DNA from: Proteromonas lacertae
Taxonomy: Eukaryota
Direction: 5' to 3'
NCBI GenBank assembly: GCA_002245135.1
Contig: NGBS01000618.1
Location: 62,001-82,178 of the forward strand
Length of the DNA stretch: 20,178 bases
In this document: piece by piece, positions 17,734-20,178 of the stretch
How positions within the stretch are numbered: position 1 is the first letter of the stretch
How the letters are laid out: each line of letters opens with the position of its first letter
Made by a program: the position numbers and the translations under genes
Notes under the pieces: model-generated
What the model was told of the DNA's origin: nothing
Databases searched by the model: none
Seen by the model: only the letters and a program-made list of their open reading frames with translations

Positions 17734-20178
17734 ATGAGCAAACATAAAAAGCTTTTAAAAGCATTTTTTAAAGCTTCTAGAACAAACTTTTAATAAAAAT
17801 AAACATCATAAGCATAAGCATCGCCATCATCATAAACATAAACATATAGATGAACTACCACCAGAAGAAGCTCCAAAACGAAGATTAGCGCCATTATTTA
17901 GTACAGATGCTATTCAAAATAAAAAAAGATATAATAATGATATACCAATAATCAGTGATACATTCTTTGGTGGATTAATGCCTTCTTCCCTACCAAAACC
18001 TAACCAAAATCAAAGATTTAATGATAGAATACGTGATGCTAGAGAAGTTGATAAATCATCTCAAGGTGTTACCAGGAAATGGGTTTTCAATTATAATAAT
18101 AGAAATTACAGTACACCACAACAATGTTATCATGATTTTGTTAATAATAGTGATATCAAAGATATATTACATGAACTAGCTGATACTATGAATATGATCA
18201 AATTTTTCTTTATTGTACGTTCAATTTATATACCTGATGAGTCTACTGACAGTGATGATGAAGTTTCTATATTTAGTCGTAGTAGACTATGTGAAATAAC
18301 AAAAATGTCTACTGTAGGTGAAATACAAACTATACTGGAAAATATATTTACACAAATATCAGAAGATGATTCAAATCATCCTCAAAGTGGTCTTACTTTT
18401 GCTAGAGTAAATACTATAGAATTATATGTAACAAAATTTAAAGTGATACGTGGAAGTAGTTTTATTGTTTTACCTGCTAAACTTCAAGGTCTTAGATGTT
18501 TAACAAATGTAATAAATGAAGATAATGAATGCTTTAAGTGGAGTGTACTATGCTCTTTATATTCTAATAATCTACAATGTAATAAAGATAAACCTGAAAA
18601 ATACAAAATGTATGAAAAGAAACATGATTGGAGTATGTTAACATTCCCTGTTGATGCTACAGACAATGAATCTATTGATAAGTTTGAAACAAAGAATCGA
18701 CTAAATGTGAATATATTTTATATTGATATTGCTAAAGATAAAGAAGAAATATTCTTACCCATTCATTTATCTAAACAAAAGAAATCTAAAAAATATAGTG
18801 TTGTAAATCTATTGCTAATAAAAAATGAAGATGGAAATTCACACTATGTAACAATAAATACCTTACCTGCTCTATTTAGAAAAATGATAGATAAAAAGAA
18901 TAATACTAATAATATATTTGTGTGTCCATATTGTCTCTTCTATACTTACGATGATGGATCCTTTAATAGTCACCAAATATATGACTGTCAAGATAAAGAG
19001 AATGTATTAAGATTATTCCCTGATAAAGATGATAAAGAAAAATCATACTTAAAATTTAGACATTGGACTCACCTCCAAACATTGCCAGTTGTTATGTATT
19101 ATGATACTGAAACTTATTTTGTACCATATGATAATGAATTGAATTTAAGTAGATATAAATCTATGGAAGAAATAGATAATAATGATACTAGAATAGAATT
19201 ATCAAAAACTGAGCAATCTATTATGGCTAGGCATAAGCTTTATTCCTACTGTATCTATGTAGATAGTAAAATACCAGATATAAATAGTTTTACTGTGATT
19301 AAATATAAACAAAATGAGGATCATAATATTGAAAATGATTTTGTATTGGATATATTAAATATATATGATCAAATATGTACAGTTTACAGTTATAGACTAG
19401 CTAATCCTAAACCTTTTGATGGAGATGAAATAGCTAAGGATATACATAATAAAAAGAGAAAATGTGACTTTTGTGGTAAACCATTTAATTCTATTGATCA
19501 TGTAAAGGTACTTCACCATGATCATTTCACAGGTCATTATATTGCTTCAATTGGTAGTAATGAGAATCTAAATATTGATATAAAAAAAAATTAAAAGTAC
19601 CAATAATAGGTCACAATGCTATGAAATATGACCAGCATTTCATAGTAAAGGAATTAGCCAAATTTGCTGCAATAACTAATAGTCCACTCAATATTATACC
19701 TAATACAGATGAAAACTATAAGTGCATACAATACAAAAATTTGGTGTTTATTGATAGTTATTTATTCTTAGCAGGTTCTTTAGCAAATTTAACTAATGAT
19801 CTAAAAATTACAGCAGAATTAAATAATACTAAGAAAGAAAAATTCAAAACAATTTATGAGAATTTTAAAGAATATAATGGACATTACCTAGATGATGAAA
19901 ATATTGAAAAATACTTACTTCAAAAGAATTATTTTCCATATGAGCATATGACATCTCTTGAAGCTTTTGAAGAAAATTTCAAAGATCTTACTATAGATGA
20001 TTTTAAGTCTAAATTGAATGATAATGAAACTATTAAACCTGAGAATTTGATTTTGCTATGGAAGTAAATCAAATATTTGGATTTGATAATATACGTGAAT
20101 ACAATTTATTTTACTTGAAAATTGATGTTTATATTCTTCAGTCTATATTTAATGATTTTAGAGATAATATATTTGATA
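17734..20178 (+). CDS. polB: Protein-primed family B DNA polymerase (Polinton/adintovirus-type pPolB), N-terminal part, with three 1-nt frameshifts; truncated by the window end
   Basis: RGSSFIVLP...NVINEDNECFKWSVL...FPV...IDKFETKN...VNLLLI...SHYVTI (vOTU-like); CPYC...HQIYDC; ExoI YYDTET; EndoVII-like KCDFC...KVLHHDHFTG; ExoII PIIGHNAMKYDQHF; FIDSYLFLAGSLANL; QKNYFPYE; ExoIII EYNLFYLKIDVYILQSIFNDFR. Frameshifts at T6 17764-17769, A9 19582-19590 and T3 about 20046-20048. Confidence 0.9.

Larger units (their letters stand above)
11920..20178. mobile_element. Polinton/Maverick-like element (polintovirus-like), left part; continues beyond the window
   Basis: Co-occurrence of a Polinton-type rve integrase and a protein-primed PolB; dense intron-less ORFs unlike the intron-rich host genes. 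The left boundary is approximate, placed where KNTC1 coding ends. Confidence 0.8.

Noticed and set aside
2378..18666. Short track ORFs (2378-2575, 3980-4234, 9802-9990, 10748-10930, 11589-11843, 12116-12307, 12580-12795, 12887-13159, 13721-13906, 14008-14196, 17088-17363, 18484-18666)
   Set aside because: Antisense shadows of real genes or low-complexity AT-rich frames with no recognisable motifs.
1..20178. tRNA, rRNA, CRISPR array, telomeric repeats, or capsid/ATPase/adenain genes
   Set aside because: No supporting motifs or repeat-spacer structure were seen in this window.

Overview
Very AT-rich eukaryotic (protist) genomic DNA in the standard genetic code. Host genes have tiny GT-AG introns (about 26-60 nt), and TGTTTGTT motifs lie downstream of several stops; together these suggest a Blastocystis/opalinate-like host (inference). 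From left to right: (1) a near-perfect inverted duplication of at least 478 bp (1-478 / 1741-2218) around degenerate coding sequence; (2) a CMC-superfamily (CACTA/EnSpm/Mirage-like) DDE transposase of about 1130 aa on the minus strand, split by one homopolymer frameshift (2834-6225); (3) a block of decayed intron-containing host genes (about 6290-9460); (4) an intact 5-exon host gene resembling the N-terminal half of COP9 subunit CSN2 (9530-10389, minus); (5) the 3' part of a Rod/KNTC1 kinetochore gene, cut off at about 11.9 kb; (6) from about 11.9 kb to the window end, an intron-less Polinton/Maverick-like element. That element has a hairpin-rich left end, four accessory ORFs, an rve integrase with a D-D-D triad, a putative OB-fold ssDNA-binding protein, and a protein-primed PolB (vOTU-like, exonuclease and EndoVII-like modules) that runs off the right edge. 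No capsid, packaging ATPase or adenain-type protease genes are visible in this window. All family calls come from recognising motifs by eye; no database search was run.
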